DNA from: Candidatus Latescibacterota bacterium
GTDB taxonomy: Bacteria > Latescibacterota > UBA2968 > UBA8231
Direction: 5' to 3'
Assembly (NCBI GenBank): GCA_965217585.1
Contig: OZ244561.1
Location: 96,001-160,000 of the forward strand
DNA length: 64,000 nt
Part shown: piece by piece, positions 18,451-28,388 of the stretch
Layout of the letters: the number at the start of each line of letters is the position of its first letter
Position numbering within the stretch: position 1 is the first letter of the stretch
Translations under genes and position numbers: made by a program
Notes under the pieces: model-generated
Database searches by the model: none
What the model saw: only the letters and a program-made list of their open reading frames with translations
Told to the model about the DNA's origin: nothing

Positions 18451-20205
18451 TCAGGAATCGCCTTTGAGCGGCGTCCCGGTGGCCCAAGGCATGGCACTGA
18501 GGCTCAAATCCTTCCGCTGCGCGGCAGCCTGCAAGTCGCGCGCCCGGTTCCAGTGCCTTTTTGCGAGGGGCTGGTTGCCTATCTTTTTGTACGTCTGTGC
18601 GAGGGCTAAGTGTGCGCGACCGTAGTTCGCGTCTAAGGACACAGCGCGCTCAAACGCGCCAATCGCCTCCCCGAGCCGTTCCATTTTCGCGTATTCCACC
18701 CCTAAATTGAAATGGGCCTGCGCCAGCTCGGGCTCCAGCGCGATGGCCTGTTGGTGCAGGCCGATGGCAGCCTTCAGATCGCCTTTGAGTGAATGGGCGA
18801 TCCCCAAGTGCGTATAGGCTTGGGCATAGGCAGAATCAGCGGCAATGGCCTGTTGGTGGGCGGCAATGCCGCGGTCGAAATCCCCCTGCCGACTATAGGC
18901 CACTCCCAAGTCGTCGTGGGCTTTGGCCACGCTCGGTGCCAGCTGGGCCAAGTATTCCTTGGCGTTTATGTCCGACAGCGCATACTGGGCGTCCGTCCAA
19001 GCCAAAAAGAGAATGGGCACCCCGAAGTACAGCACCTGCTTGCCGGTCTCGAACCCATAGGAGAGCGCCGTCCACTGCGCCCGCGCATTCTGCCAGCGCG
19101 TCACCAGCTCGTTCCAGCCGCGGCGCGGCAGGGCTTCTTCGCGCGGCTCCTCTGCGGACCCCTCGTCTATCAAGTTCTGCCGAATCTCTTTCTTGCCGAC
19201 CTTCCACATGAACCCGTCGTAGTAGTAGTGCATAAAGGCCGAGGTAGCGATGAGCACCTTGACTATATCGTAAATCAGGAAATTCTGGGTCGCCCGCGCG
19301 AGAGCCTCTATGCCGCCGTAAGCCAATATCAGCAACAGGTAGAACAGGACGATCCGCAAGCGCCCATCGGCGAATAGGAAGCGAAAGAAGGATCGCCCCA
19401 AGTCGCGCGAACGCCTGAGCACCCCGTGATTGTAGATCCACACGATGGCGAAGTACTGAATGTCGTGTGCCAGCGCGGTGACCGCATAGCCCAAGATGAC
19501 GTCTTCGAGAACGATATAAGCGTAATAGACCGTGGCGAACGTAGTGGCCGAGATCGCCAGCTTGGGCCAGACGATGGGCGCGCCGCGACGCCTTTCGACG
19601 ACCATGTTACCGATGTAGACCACCGACAAAGCCAGTGCCAAGTACAACATGACGTCCCGCAGTGCGAAGACGTATTCGGGCTTGATCCAAGTGTACATCC
19701 CAAAGCCATAGCGGTGGCAGCGCTCTAAAAAATTGATCAGATAGTGGGGGCTGGCCGCTATCACGTATCCGAACCAGACGGCCGTCAGCCACCAGTCCAG
19801 CCGCGCACTCGACTGCGAGGGCCGACGGCGCTTGACCTCGTAGATCCGCATGAAGCCGTAGTGCTGCATGAAGAAGTGCCACATGTCCCACAGGGCCAAG
19901 AAAATGAAAAACCCGAGGTGGCCGTTGAACACGCTCCAACTGACAAAGGAGGCGATCACCAGCGGAGCGACGATGAAGCGGGCCTTGTAGCGGCCAAACA
20001 ACTCCCGCTCGCCATAGGCGCGCATCAGCCCGGGCAGGTGGTGCCCCACCGCGAAAAAGGCCAGCACAAAGAGGGCAATGTTAGCTGAGGTGAAGTAGTT
20101 GGCGGCGAGTAGCAGGGCCGCTAGTGAGATCAGCGGGGTGCCTATAAAAAATAAGAAATCCCAGTGACGGCTGATAATCCAGCCCTGCGGTGCGGCGGTC
20201 GTCAT
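18451..20205 (-). CDS. Polytopic membrane protein with His motifs and C-terminal TPRs
   Basis: 584 aa; GHH, WHFFMQHYG, HDIQY and HYYYDG motifs; ~4 TPRs. Confidence 0.75.
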   Translation of the reverse strand: MTTAAPQGWIISRHWDFLFFIGTPLISLAALLLAANYFTSANIALFVLAFFAVGHHLPGLMRAYGERELFGRYKARFIVAPLVIASFVSWSVFNGHLGFFIFLALWDMWHFFMQHYGFMRIYEVKRRRPSQSSARLDWWLTAVWFGYVIAASPHYLINFLERCHRYGFGMYTWIKPEYVFALRDVMLYLALALSVVYIGNMVVERRRGAPIVWPKLAISATTFATVYYAYIVLEDVILGYAVTALAHDIQYFAIVWIYNHGVLRRSRDLGRSFFRFLFADGRLRIVLFYLLLILAYGGIEALARATQNFLIYDIVKVLIATSAFMHYYYDGFMWKVGKKEIRQNLIDEGSAEEPREEALPRRGWNELVTRWQNARAQWTALSYGFETGKQVLYFGVPILFLAWTDAQYALSDINAKEYLAQLAPSVAKAHDDLGVAYSRQGDFDRGIAAHQQAIAADSAYAQAYTHLGIAHSLKGDLKAAIGLHQQAIALEPELAQAHFNLGVEYAKMERLGEAIGAFERAVSLDANYGRAHLALAQTYKKIGNQPLAKRHWNRARDLQAAAQRKDLSLSAMPWATGTPLKGDS

Positions 20206-20217
20206 CGCTCCCCGTCC

Positions 20218-23169
20218 CTACAATCCGGCAAATACCGAAAGGAACACTAGGCCCGAGGTCTGCCGCTCCCCATCTCCGTCTTTGACCTCCAACGAGCGAC
20301 GGTCGAAGCGCACTCCCACTTGAGTGGTCAACTCGTATCCAGAATAGGCACGAGTGCTCGTCAGTTGGCAGGCCAAGACCGTACCGCGAAAGTCGCCGGT
20401 TTGCTCTCCGGCCGCTAGTTGCCCCTCGTCGCCTTCGAGGTCGTAGAAATAGCGCCCCTCAATCCCTAGCTGCACATAAGAGCGATGGAGAATCGGGAAA
20501 TTCGCCAGCACTATGTAGAGCACGTCATAACTGCGTTCCTGCGGCGCGCTACGGCTAAAGGGCACTCGGCGCATAAATTCGCTCTTGATGCGCGGGGAAA
20601 TGGCGATGGACTTCCACGAGAACGCATAGGCTGCTTTGTCTATCAACCCGACAAAACTGGACGACTCGCGACCATTGCGGCCCTCGGGTCCCAAGGGATC
20701 GAAGGCCACCACCGGCGCGCCTTCGTCATCCAAGAGCACCCGGCCCTCCTCGTCCCGGGCCAATATCACCTCGACCTCTCGTTGCTTCCACACGTCCATC
20801 TTGAATCGGTGGCGGGTGCTCCACCCTCTAGGACTGTCGTACTCCCAGTCCGAGTACAGCGTGTTGACCCACGCATTCTCGGCGGCCAACAGGTCGGGCA
20901 CGGGCACATTGCTGCCCGTCGTCTCGCTGAATTGGCCGAACTCCGCTCGGGGCACGATCCACTGCACGAGGTGATTCTCGATGTTGTCTTCGGCCTTCCG
21001 CACCATGTCGAAGAGCCGCCAGCGACCCAGCGTGGGGTGGCTCTTGGTCAAGGTAAAGATCCCGTAGAAGGTATCGTTGTCGCGCGCGGCTTGGTGCATA
21101 GCTTGGCGCAAGCGGCCGGCCGTGAGTCGGATTTCGGGGTTGACTTGGACGCTGGTGTAAAAATTGTAGCCCCAGTGGTCTTTCTTGTAGGGATAGTCTG
21201 GCTCGTCGTCGTTTTCAAAGCGATCGACCCAGCCGTTGTTGTTCAAATCGATGCCAAAGAGAAACTCGGGCCGATCAACCTCGTAGCGCAAAAAAGGCTC
21301 ATCGTAGTCCGGGAAGAAGTTTTGCCGTTCGCCATTGCTGTTTTGGTTAAAATCGGAAAGGAAGTCCCCGTTTTCGTCGTAGCCGGGAAAAACCGCCGGA
21401 TCGGCCACGCCATTGGGCCGGACCCGGAAAGTCTGCCCCGGAATGGGAATCAAGCTGCCCTGAAAGCGGCGCAACTGATCTGGGTGCCGGTCGTTGTCAT
21501 CGTTGTCATCAACAAAGTCATAGGACTGGATGATGGCTTCGGGCGAGTAGTCAACCAAGCCGCGGCCATCCACTGGCCGCACGTTGGTGCTGTATCCATC
21601 GTCCATGCCGAAGCCTTCGAGAAAAAAGTGCCAAGGGCCGATGTCACGCGCCAAGTTGACCATGTAGGCCACATCGTGCTGGTCTCCGACAATGCCGGCG
21701 ATGGCCTCGTGCTTCTTTAGAGTTGTCGCGGGATACTTGCGGTACCGGGTGCTGACGTTGAACTCTCCGTAGAAGTCAAACCCGTACCAATCGCGCATCT
21801 CAGCGGTAAAGCCGTATATCTGACTCGCGGTGGGCAGTCCGTAGTCAAAGGACACCTCTCGCTGGTTGAGGCGGTTTTTGATGTTGCCCGCTGCTCGCGC
21901 GACCTGTAGAAATTGCGGCTGATCTACCGGATTGGTCTGCCGGTCGGACGCGACCTCCACCCGGTAGTCGTTGGCCAGAATGAGCCGAAAGCGCACCTTC
22001 TTGATCGCGGTCACTGCATCCTCGGCCTGGGCCAAGCTCAGCCCCAAACTCTGCTGCAATAGCAGGCGCAAGGTCCCCGTTTCGTCGTCCCCATCTTCGA
22101 CCGCCAGCGGATACTTGAGCGTGATGCGCTCGGATCCGTCGGCTGTGAGGAAGCCGTCCCGCACCTTGCCCCCTTCGCGCAGCGGGCGGTAGCCAATGCT
22201 GCTGCCGGTGATGACTGTATCCCGCGGGACCAACGCTACGCTGTCGCCCATGACCACCTCGCGCATCAAGGTCGTCGTGATCTCTAGGTCGTCGCTGAAG
22301 AGCACGGCCCCTCCCTCGCCATCTTCGGGCGAATCGTCGGACAGCCTCACCACCAGCAATTCGAGTCGCCGGTCTAACTGGCCCGAGGTCAGCAAACCCG
22401 TAAGGGGGCTTTCCTGAAAGCTCTCCAAGGCCCCGTTGTTGCTGTGGGAATTGACAAAGGTCGTGCCCAAAGTCAGGTGATCGCTGACATCGGCCTCAAG
22501 GCGAAGTGCGGATAAATTCGTCGCGTTTTCTAGCTGTCGGGTCGGAAAATCCGAACTGATGTCGATGATCGGCGACGAGATCCGCGAAAACAGCCCGGTC
22601 GCCCGCAAGCGCTGGCTGGCCAAACTCGTCACCACGCCATTGAAGCCAGTCTTGCGGAAAGTCAGGGGTGTCAGCGTCGTGAAAAGCTCGTCCCCGACCA
22701 CGATCGAATAGCTGTAGTCGCCGCTGGAATCCGAGGAGATGATGAGGCGGTTGAACCAGCCTAGGTACTCGCCGCGCTTGGTGACCTGATTGCTGGCGCT
22801 GGTCAGCGGCTGGGTCTGCCGCCAATCGTAGATGAGCCAGCCGCGGGTGATCAAATCGCCGTAGGGATCGTAAAAGTAGAAACCCTCTTGGCTGCGCGAC
22901 ACGTAGCGGAGAAAAGGCTCCCGCGCATAGTTGGTGTACTCCCACTGGCGGCGGCCGTATTCGGTGAACAACTCCTGCGGCAAGTACCAGCGCTGAATGG
23001 TTGGGTCCAGCGCGTCGATCAGCACCGACCGGCCCGCAGCCGAGAACACGCGGCGCTCGTCAACCCGGCGGCCGAGGCGATTGCCGTAGTCTGTCTGGGC
23101 ACCGACCTCAAGGGCGCACAGGACTACGGCGCCCAGTAGCAATGCGCATTTAGCTCGCGGCGCGCCCAT
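20218..23169 (-). CDS. Large secreted protein, putative outer-membrane beta-barrel with Asp/Asn-rich Ca-binding-like loops
   Basis: 983 aa; signal peptide; DDNDDND, DENGD and DLNNNG motifs; amphipathic C-terminus VFLSVFAGL. Confidence 0.6.
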   Translation of the reverse strand: MGAPRAKCALLLGAVVLCALEVGAQTDYGNRLGRRVDERRVFSAAGRSVLIDALDPTIQRWYLPQELFTEYGRRQWEYTNYAREPFLRYVSRSQEGFYFYDPYGDLITRGWLIYDWRQTQPLTSASNQVTKRGEYLGWFNRLIISSDSSGDYSYSIVVGDELFTTLTPLTFRKTGFNGVVTSLASQRLRATGLFSRISSPIIDISSDFPTRQLENATNLSALRLEADVSDHLTLGTTFVNSHSNNGALESFQESPLTGLLTSGQLDRRLELLVVRLSDDSPEDGEGGAVLFSDDLEITTTLMREVVMGDSVALVPRDTVITGSSIGYRPLREGGKVRDGFLTADGSERITLKYPLAVEDGDDETGTLRLLLQQSLGLSLAQAEDAVTAIKKVRFRLILANDYRVEVASDRQTNPVDQPQFLQVARAAGNIKNRLNQREVSFDYGLPTASQIYGFTAEMRDWYGFDFYGEFNVSTRYRKYPATTLKKHEAIAGIVGDQHDVAYMVNLARDIGPWHFFLEGFGMDDGYSTNVRPVDGRGLVDYSPEAIIQSYDFVDDNDDNDRHPDQLRRFQGSLIPIPGQTFRVRPNGVADPAVFPGYDENGDFLSDFNQNSNGERQNFFPDYDEPFLRYEVDRPEFLFGIDLNNNGWVDRFENDDEPDYPYKKDHWGYNFYTSVQVNPEIRLTAGRLRQAMHQAARDNDTFYGIFTLTKSHPTLGRWRLFDMVRKAEDNIENHLVQWIVPRAEFGQFSETTGSNVPVPDLLAAENAWVNTLYSDWEYDSPRGWSTRHRFKMDVWKQREVEVILARDEEGRVLLDDEGAPVVAFDPLGPEGRNGRESSSFVGLIDKAAYAFSWKSIAISPRIKSEFMRRVPFSRSAPQERSYDVLYIVLANFPILHRSYVQLGIEGRYFYDLEGDEGQLAAGEQTGDFRGTVLACQLTSTRAYSGYELTTQVGVRFDRRSLEVKDGDGERQTSGLVFLSVFAGL

Positions 23170-25952
23170 TACTGAATTCCGGCGTACACGGTGATGAAGC
23201 TAGTCGTCGCATTGCTGCTCTCGCTGCCCTTGGCAAAGCCGCTGTCTTCCTCTCGCACCAGCTCGGTCTGAGTGCGCCCGTAGCGCAGGCCAATCTGGGT
23301 CGTCAGGCGATACCCCATGTAGTCCGAGGAATTGGAGAGCTGCACTGCCACGTTTACGCTGCTCAAGTCGCCCGTTTCCGTGGTGACACCGCTGGCGACC
23401 ATGGCGTCCTCGTCGCGCATCAAATCCCGCAGCAGCAGTTGCTCTACACCGCCCATCAACACGGTGTGCTGAAGCACCGGCAGTTGGGCCAGCAGCACGA
23501 AGCTGCCCGTCCACTCTTCGCGCTCATCCTCTTGGACCAAAAACGGCGTGCGTCGCAAGTATTCGCTCTTAAACTTGGGCTGGAGGCTGAAACGACCTAA
23601 GTCGTAGGTGTAGTCGAACTTGTTGATCAAGCCGAAGAAGCTCGTGTCGGTGCGCAGGCGGCGTCCGTCTATATCGCGTGGATCGTCTTGGTTTTGGCGA
23701 TAGAATTCGTATTTGAACTTGTTGATGATGTTGAGCCGGTCGATGCCCACGTAGTCGAACCCGAGCCACAGCGAATTGACCCAAGTGTCTTGGGCCGGCA
23801 AGATATCGGGGACGAGGGGCTGGATCGGCGGGGCATCGACATAAGGCGTGGGGGCGCGCCGGTCGTCCGGAATGGTATCGGCGACCTTTTTCAGCGCATC
23901 AAAAACCCGCAAGCGACCCACGCCCGGCACGTCGCGGTCAAAGGTAAAGAGCGCGTACTGGACGCGGCTGGAGCGGTCGGCCGAAATCATCTGCTCGTCC
24001 GCCTGCCCCAAGGTCAGCCGCGCCCCAGATACGAGCTCGGCACCGGCAAACACATTGTAGCCCTGCCGGTCGGTCTTATAGGGGTAATCTGGCAAGATGT
24101 CGTCTTCGAAGCGGTCGATCCAATCGTTGTTGTTCAGGTCGATGCCAAAGAGGTATTCGGGCCGATCAACCGCATAGCGCAAAAAAGGCTCTTCGTAGTC
24201 GGGAATGAGGTTGTTGACCGTGCCATTGTCGTTTTGGTTAAAATCGGAGATAAAGTCGTTGTTCTCGTCCCACCCCGGAAAGATGAGCCGGTCGTTGGCC
24301 GAACCCGCGCGGATCCAGTCGGGATATTGGTCTTGGTCGTCGTTGTCCTCGACGAACTCGTAGAAGTTGCGTTGGGAATTGTCGTATTGGATGTCGCCAT
24401 TGGTATCTACCAAAAAAGCCGTGGTCGAATACGCGTCGTCCATCGCATAGACCTCGCCGAAGAAGAACCACGGATGGAACTGACGGGAGAGGTTGAAAAA
24501 CCAAGCGTCGGACTGCTCGGTGGCAATTTTGTGGTTTTTGCCGGCCGTAAACAGCGCGGCGTTGGGATACTGAAAGTAGCGCTTATTGCGGTCCCACTCT
24601 CCGTAGAAGTCAAACCCCCACAGACCCTTGCCCTCCACCGTAAATCCGCCGACTAGGTTGCCCGTCGGCAGACCGTAGTCAAATTTGACGAGCTGAAGAT
24701 TGGAAATGTCCTTCACGTTGCCCTCGGCTCGCCGCAGGGTAATCAGCGCCGGCTCGCTGGCGTCTATGGTCTCCGCACTCAGAGGCGCGGAGGGCATGGC
24801 GCGGCGGCCCGTCTGCCGGTCGGACCACATCTCCACCTTGAAGTCATTGCCCAAGACATATTCGAATTCCACCGCCACGATCGAGGTGGGGTCTGGGCCG
24901 ATGTACGCCGGATCGTTGAAGTCGTAGTTGAGCACGATGCGCTCGTGGCCGTCGGCGGCCGTGAAACCTTGGCGCTCAAAACCGCCGAATTTAATCGGCC
25001 ACTCCGCACCGGCGCGGACGACCTCCGCCGCCTCAAAAACCTGCTCTTTGTTCGTCTCGAAGTTGCGGCTGATGATGCGCACCTTGTGGCGGAACAAAGC
25101 CGCGCCCCCCTCGCCATCCTCGGGCGTGTCGTCGCTGAGAATGATGGCAATGGCCGTCAGCGGGGTGCTGCTCTGGCCGGAAGTGAGGCTGCCGGCGATC
25201 AAGTCGCCGCTGAACAGGTCGAGCGTGGTGTTGGTATTGCGGGCATCGACTACGGTCGCGCCCACCTCGATGAAGTCGCCGACCTGGACCGTGCCGCGCC
25301 CGCCAAACATGGTAGTAGTGTTGGTGCGGGTCTCCGGCTCCCTGGTCTCGCCCAAGATTGGGTCGCTGATCCGCGAGGCGAGGATCGTGCCGGCGTATTT
25401 GTCGGCCATGAAGTCGATCTGGACGCCATTGTAACGAGGCCTAGAGAAGGTCAGCGGCGTGAGGGTCGTGCGCAGCAGATTGCCGACTGTAATGGAATAG
25501 TAGTACTGGCTCTGCGAGTCGCCGCCAATGGTGACCCCGCTGAACCAAGAGTCGAAGCGGCCGTTCTGGAAGATGCTGCTGCCGAGCTGCCCAGGCTGGT
25601 TCTGGCTCCAGTCGTAGATCAGCCAGCCGCGGCCGATGAAGTTGCCGTAGAAGTCGTAGAAGTAATCGCCTTCGCGGTGGATATTGACGTAGCGCCGGAA
25701 CTCATCCCTAGCATAGTTGGAGTACTCCCACTGTCGCCACCCGTATTCATTGAAAAGCTCTTGGGGAATGTACCATTTCTTGATTGCTGGATCGAGCGCG
25801 CCAAACAGGACCCCAGGCCCGCGCGGCTCAAAGCTGACCGCCCCGCCGCGCTGGCGACCCAAGCGGTTGCCGTACTCTTGGGCCTCAGCCATTCCAGCCG
25901 CCAGCACCAGCGCGGCCCAACCAATCAGCCCCCATAGTCTAAACACTTGCAA
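23169..25952 (-). CDS. Paralog of 20218..23169, putative outer-membrane beta-barrel
   Basis: 927 aa; shares YGNRLGR, WY.PQELF.EYG, GWLIYDW, DYGLPT and EPFLRY.VDRPE; ends FITVYAGIQ. Confidence 0.6.
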   Translation of the reverse strand: MQVFRLWGLIGWAALVLAAGMAEAQEYGNRLGRQRGGAVSFEPRGPGVLFGALDPAIKKWYIPQELFNEYGWRQWEYSNYARDEFRRYVNIHREGDYFYDFYGNFIGRGWLIYDWSQNQPGQLGSSIFQNGRFDSWFSGVTIGGDSQSQYYYSITVGNLLRTTLTPLTFSRPRYNGVQIDFMADKYAGTILASRISDPILGETREPETRTNTTTMFGGRGTVQVGDFIEVGATVVDARNTNTTLDLFSGDLIAGSLTSGQSSTPLTAIAIILSDDTPEDGEGGAALFRHKVRIISRNFETNKEQVFEAAEVVRAGAEWPIKFGGFERQGFTAADGHERIVLNYDFNDPAYIGPDPTSIVAVEFEYVLGNDFKVEMWSDRQTGRRAMPSAPLSAETIDASEPALITLRRAEGNVKDISNLQLVKFDYGLPTGNLVGGFTVEGKGLWGFDFYGEWDRNKRYFQYPNAALFTAGKNHKIATEQSDAWFFNLSRQFHPWFFFGEVYAMDDAYSTTAFLVDTNGDIQYDNSQRNFYEFVEDNDDQDQYPDWIRAGSANDRLIFPGWDENNDFISDFNQNDNGTVNNLIPDYEEPFLRYAVDRPEYLFGIDLNNNDWIDRFEDDILPDYPYKTDRQGYNVFAGAELVSGARLTLGQADEQMISADRSSRVQYALFTFDRDVPGVGRLRVFDALKKVADTIPDDRRAPTPYVDAPPIQPLVPDILPAQDTWVNSLWLGFDYVGIDRLNIINKFKYEFYRQNQDDPRDIDGRRLRTDTSFFGLINKFDYTYDLGRFSLQPKFKSEYLRRTPFLVQEDEREEWTGSFVLLAQLPVLQHTVLMGGVEQLLLRDLMRDEDAMVASGVTTETGDLSSVNVAVQLSNSSDYMGYRLTTQIGLRYGRTQTELVREEDSGFAKGSESSNATTSFITVYAGIQ

Positions 25953-25981
25953 ATCATCTCTCCCTAAATTTATTGAGCAAC

Positions 25982-28237
25982 TTAGTAAGCCACCCCTACA
26001 ACCCCGATTTTCCTCACTTGGCCCGTGCCGGCTTGTAGCGATACGCTAAAAGTGTAGTGCCCCGGCGGCACGTAAACCCCGTCGTCGTCCCGGCCATCCC
26101 AAGGCTGAACAAAGCGGCCGCTGATGGCCTCGCTATCGACTAAGGCCCGGACCAAGCGGCCGGACAGATCGAATATCGAGACTTTCACCGGCGAGGGCCG
26201 CGCGATATTGGTGATGTCGTACTGGATGAGGGCGCGGTCGTTGGCCCCATCGCCGTTGGGCGTAAATACCGGCGAACTCACGGCCACATTGGCCAAGAGC
26301 TCCTTGCTAATGGGCACGGCCACCGAAAGGTTTTCCGCCAGCGGCGTACCCACCGGCTGGAGATCGGAGTCGGCAAAGCCAGACAGACTCAAGTCGGCGG
26401 CATTGCCTGCCACGACGCCCTGCCCGATGGTCGTCTCGACCGCGCGGTTGAAGGCGCGGCCGACAAAGGTCGTGCCAAAGCGCAGCACCCCGTTGTCGAA
26501 TTCCACCTCCAAGACCGTCCCGTCTTCCTCTATGAGCGGGAAGGAGATGGCAAAGCGGTCGTCGCTCACTTCGTCGATGGAGATGCCATTGCTGGCCTGG
26601 GGCAAGTTCGCCAGCGACGCGCCGGAAAAATCTGCCTCCTGCACCTCACCACCGGGCCGCTGGATCCGCACGCGCCCGATGGCCTCGACGCGCAAGGGGG
26701 TCTCTATCTCAAAGGCGTCAAAGCCGCGCTGCCGACCAGAGGACTTGTTGAGTACCGCGTACAAAAACTGGGTATTCTTCCCCACGGCCGCGGACCGCGG
26801 CGAGATCTCGGCGATCAACTCTTGGGCAAAGGGCGGCGAAATCACGTCAAAGGCCAAGCCGCCGACCGCGGCCGCGGACTCAAAATCGTCGCTAAAAAAG
26901 TCGATAGAAAACTGGAAGTAGCGCCGCGGGCCAGGCGAGGTAATTGGGACACCGGCACCGTCTATTGGGAGTTGGTCTTGGCCGACGATGCCGGATGCCG
27001 AGTAGGGAGGCGACCAGCTGCTCCAGTTGTTGACATCGTCGCGGATGACCCCTTTGTCCTCGCCCCGCAGCGCGCTGTAATCGCCTTCGTCGAGGGTGAC
27101 GAGGGACTGCTGGTCCAGCGGCAGATCCTTGAACACCCCAATCGCCTCGCGCACATCTACTTCGTCGTTGTCCAGCACGCTTTCGACTAGGGCTTTTAAC
27201 TCAGCATCGGCGACATCCTCAGCCCTCTTCCACGGCACCTCCACATTGGCTGTCGAGGTGCCTGACCGATTGCCGGCTCGGGCACCGCCGCCCACGCGGA
27301 AGATGCGCTCGCCTGGGCGAACCTTGTTGAATTCGACCGGATTCGGATCCACACCCGTACGCGTGCGAATCCGCAAGCTAGACAGGTTCGCGTCGCCTTC
27401 CGCGTCTTGGACCCAGCGCAAGTTGCCGAGTAAGGCCAAGTCGCCAAAGTCGAAAATGTTGGACACATAGCTCGCTTCGGGTACAAAGCCCGTGCCGAAA
27501 ATCTGGAACTCGGCCATGTCGAAGCCAGCCGCCGTTAGCACCTTCAGCCGCACGAAGCGCACGTATTGCGGAGCAATGCGCACATCCACCACGGATTGGT
27601 CGTTTTGGGTCTCGACCGCGACGGTTTGCAAAATCGGCACGCCTTCAAAGGAGTTTTCCGGCGTGCCATCGTTGATGAAAATCTCATACCCCCGCAAAAA
27701 CTCGTTTTGGAAGGGAAATGCCACCGAGGGAAAATCCGGATCACCGTTGCGCGGAAAGAATTTGAAGCGGTTGAGGCCAAAGCGCGCACCGAGATCCAAG
27801 TCGATGATCAGCCCCAGTACTCGGGCGCTTTGGGTGCCCCCGGAAGCGCGCATGTCCAAGGCCGTGTCGCCGTCGTTGTCGATCAAATTGCCCAAGACCC
27901 CGCCAATGGATCGATTGTTCGGCGACTCAATGCTGCCGCCGCGCAACGGCGAGTTAATGCCGACCGCTATGTTGCGGGTGGTATCGGCGAGCTGGGGCGC
28001 GATGAAGCGGGGCCGGCCCCCGGGGGCGAAGTCGATGACGCCCCCGGGGGCGTTGGTTTTTTCGATCGCAGTCGCGCTGCGGATGACCACGGCTGGGAGA
28101 TCACCTCCACCGCTCTCCCAACTCAGGCCCTCTGCACCGCCGATGATCACGACTTCCGCAACCGCTGATTTTCCCGCCGCGAAAGCGGCGAGCAAGAGGC
28201 CGCCCACGAGGCAAGCAGATCGAAAAGCTGTTCGCAT
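25982..28237 (-). CDS. Secreted discoidin-like protein with FxPNGDG/FlgD-Ig C-terminal domain
   Basis: 751 aa; LDLG, FKFFPR, AEFQIFG, YVSNIFD, FTPNGDG and WDGRD. Confidence 0.75.
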   Translation of the reverse strand: MRTAFRSACLVGGLLLAAFAAGKSAVAEVVIIGGAEGLSWESGGGDLPAVVIRSATAIEKTNAPGGVIDFAPGGRPRFIAPQLADTTRNIAVGINSPLRGGSIESPNNRSIGGVLGNLIDNDGDTALDMRASGGTQSARVLGLIIDLDLGARFGLNRFKFFPRNGDPDFPSVAFPFQNEFLRGYEIFINDGTPENSFEGVPILQTVAVETQNDQSVVDVRIAPQYVRFVRLKVLTAAGFDMAEFQIFGTGFVPEASYVSNIFDFGDLALLGNLRWVQDAEGDANLSSLRIRTRTGVDPNPVEFNKVRPGERIFRVGGGARAGNRSGTSTANVEVPWKRAEDVADAELKALVESVLDNDEVDVREAIGVFKDLPLDQQSLVTLDEGDYSALRGEDKGVIRDDVNNWSSWSPPYSASGIVGQDQLPIDGAGVPITSPGPRRYFQFSIDFFSDDFESAAAVGGLAFDVISPPFAQELIAEISPRSAAVGKNTQFLYAVLNKSSGRQRGFDAFEIETPLRVEAIGRVRIQRPGGEVQEADFSGASLANLPQASNGISIDEVSDDRFAISFPLIEEDGTVLEVEFDNGVLRFGTTFVGRAFNRAVETTIGQGVVAGNAADLSLSGFADSDLQPVGTPLAENLSVAVPISKELLANVAVSSPVFTPNGDGANDRALIQYDITNIARPSPVKVSIFDLSGRLVRALVDSEAISGRFVQPWDGRDDDGVYVPPGHYTFSVSLQAGTGQVRKIGVVGVAY

Positions 28238-28388
28238 AAACCGACTCTAATAAGTAGTGAGCAGGATGGACTAGTCGGGCATTCCACAACACCGAATACC
28301 CCTGTATTGTTGCCCAAAAATCCGTCAAATCCTAAATTAAATGCCTGTTAAATAAGTGAATAGTATCCACTAGAGCAAGAAATTTTCA

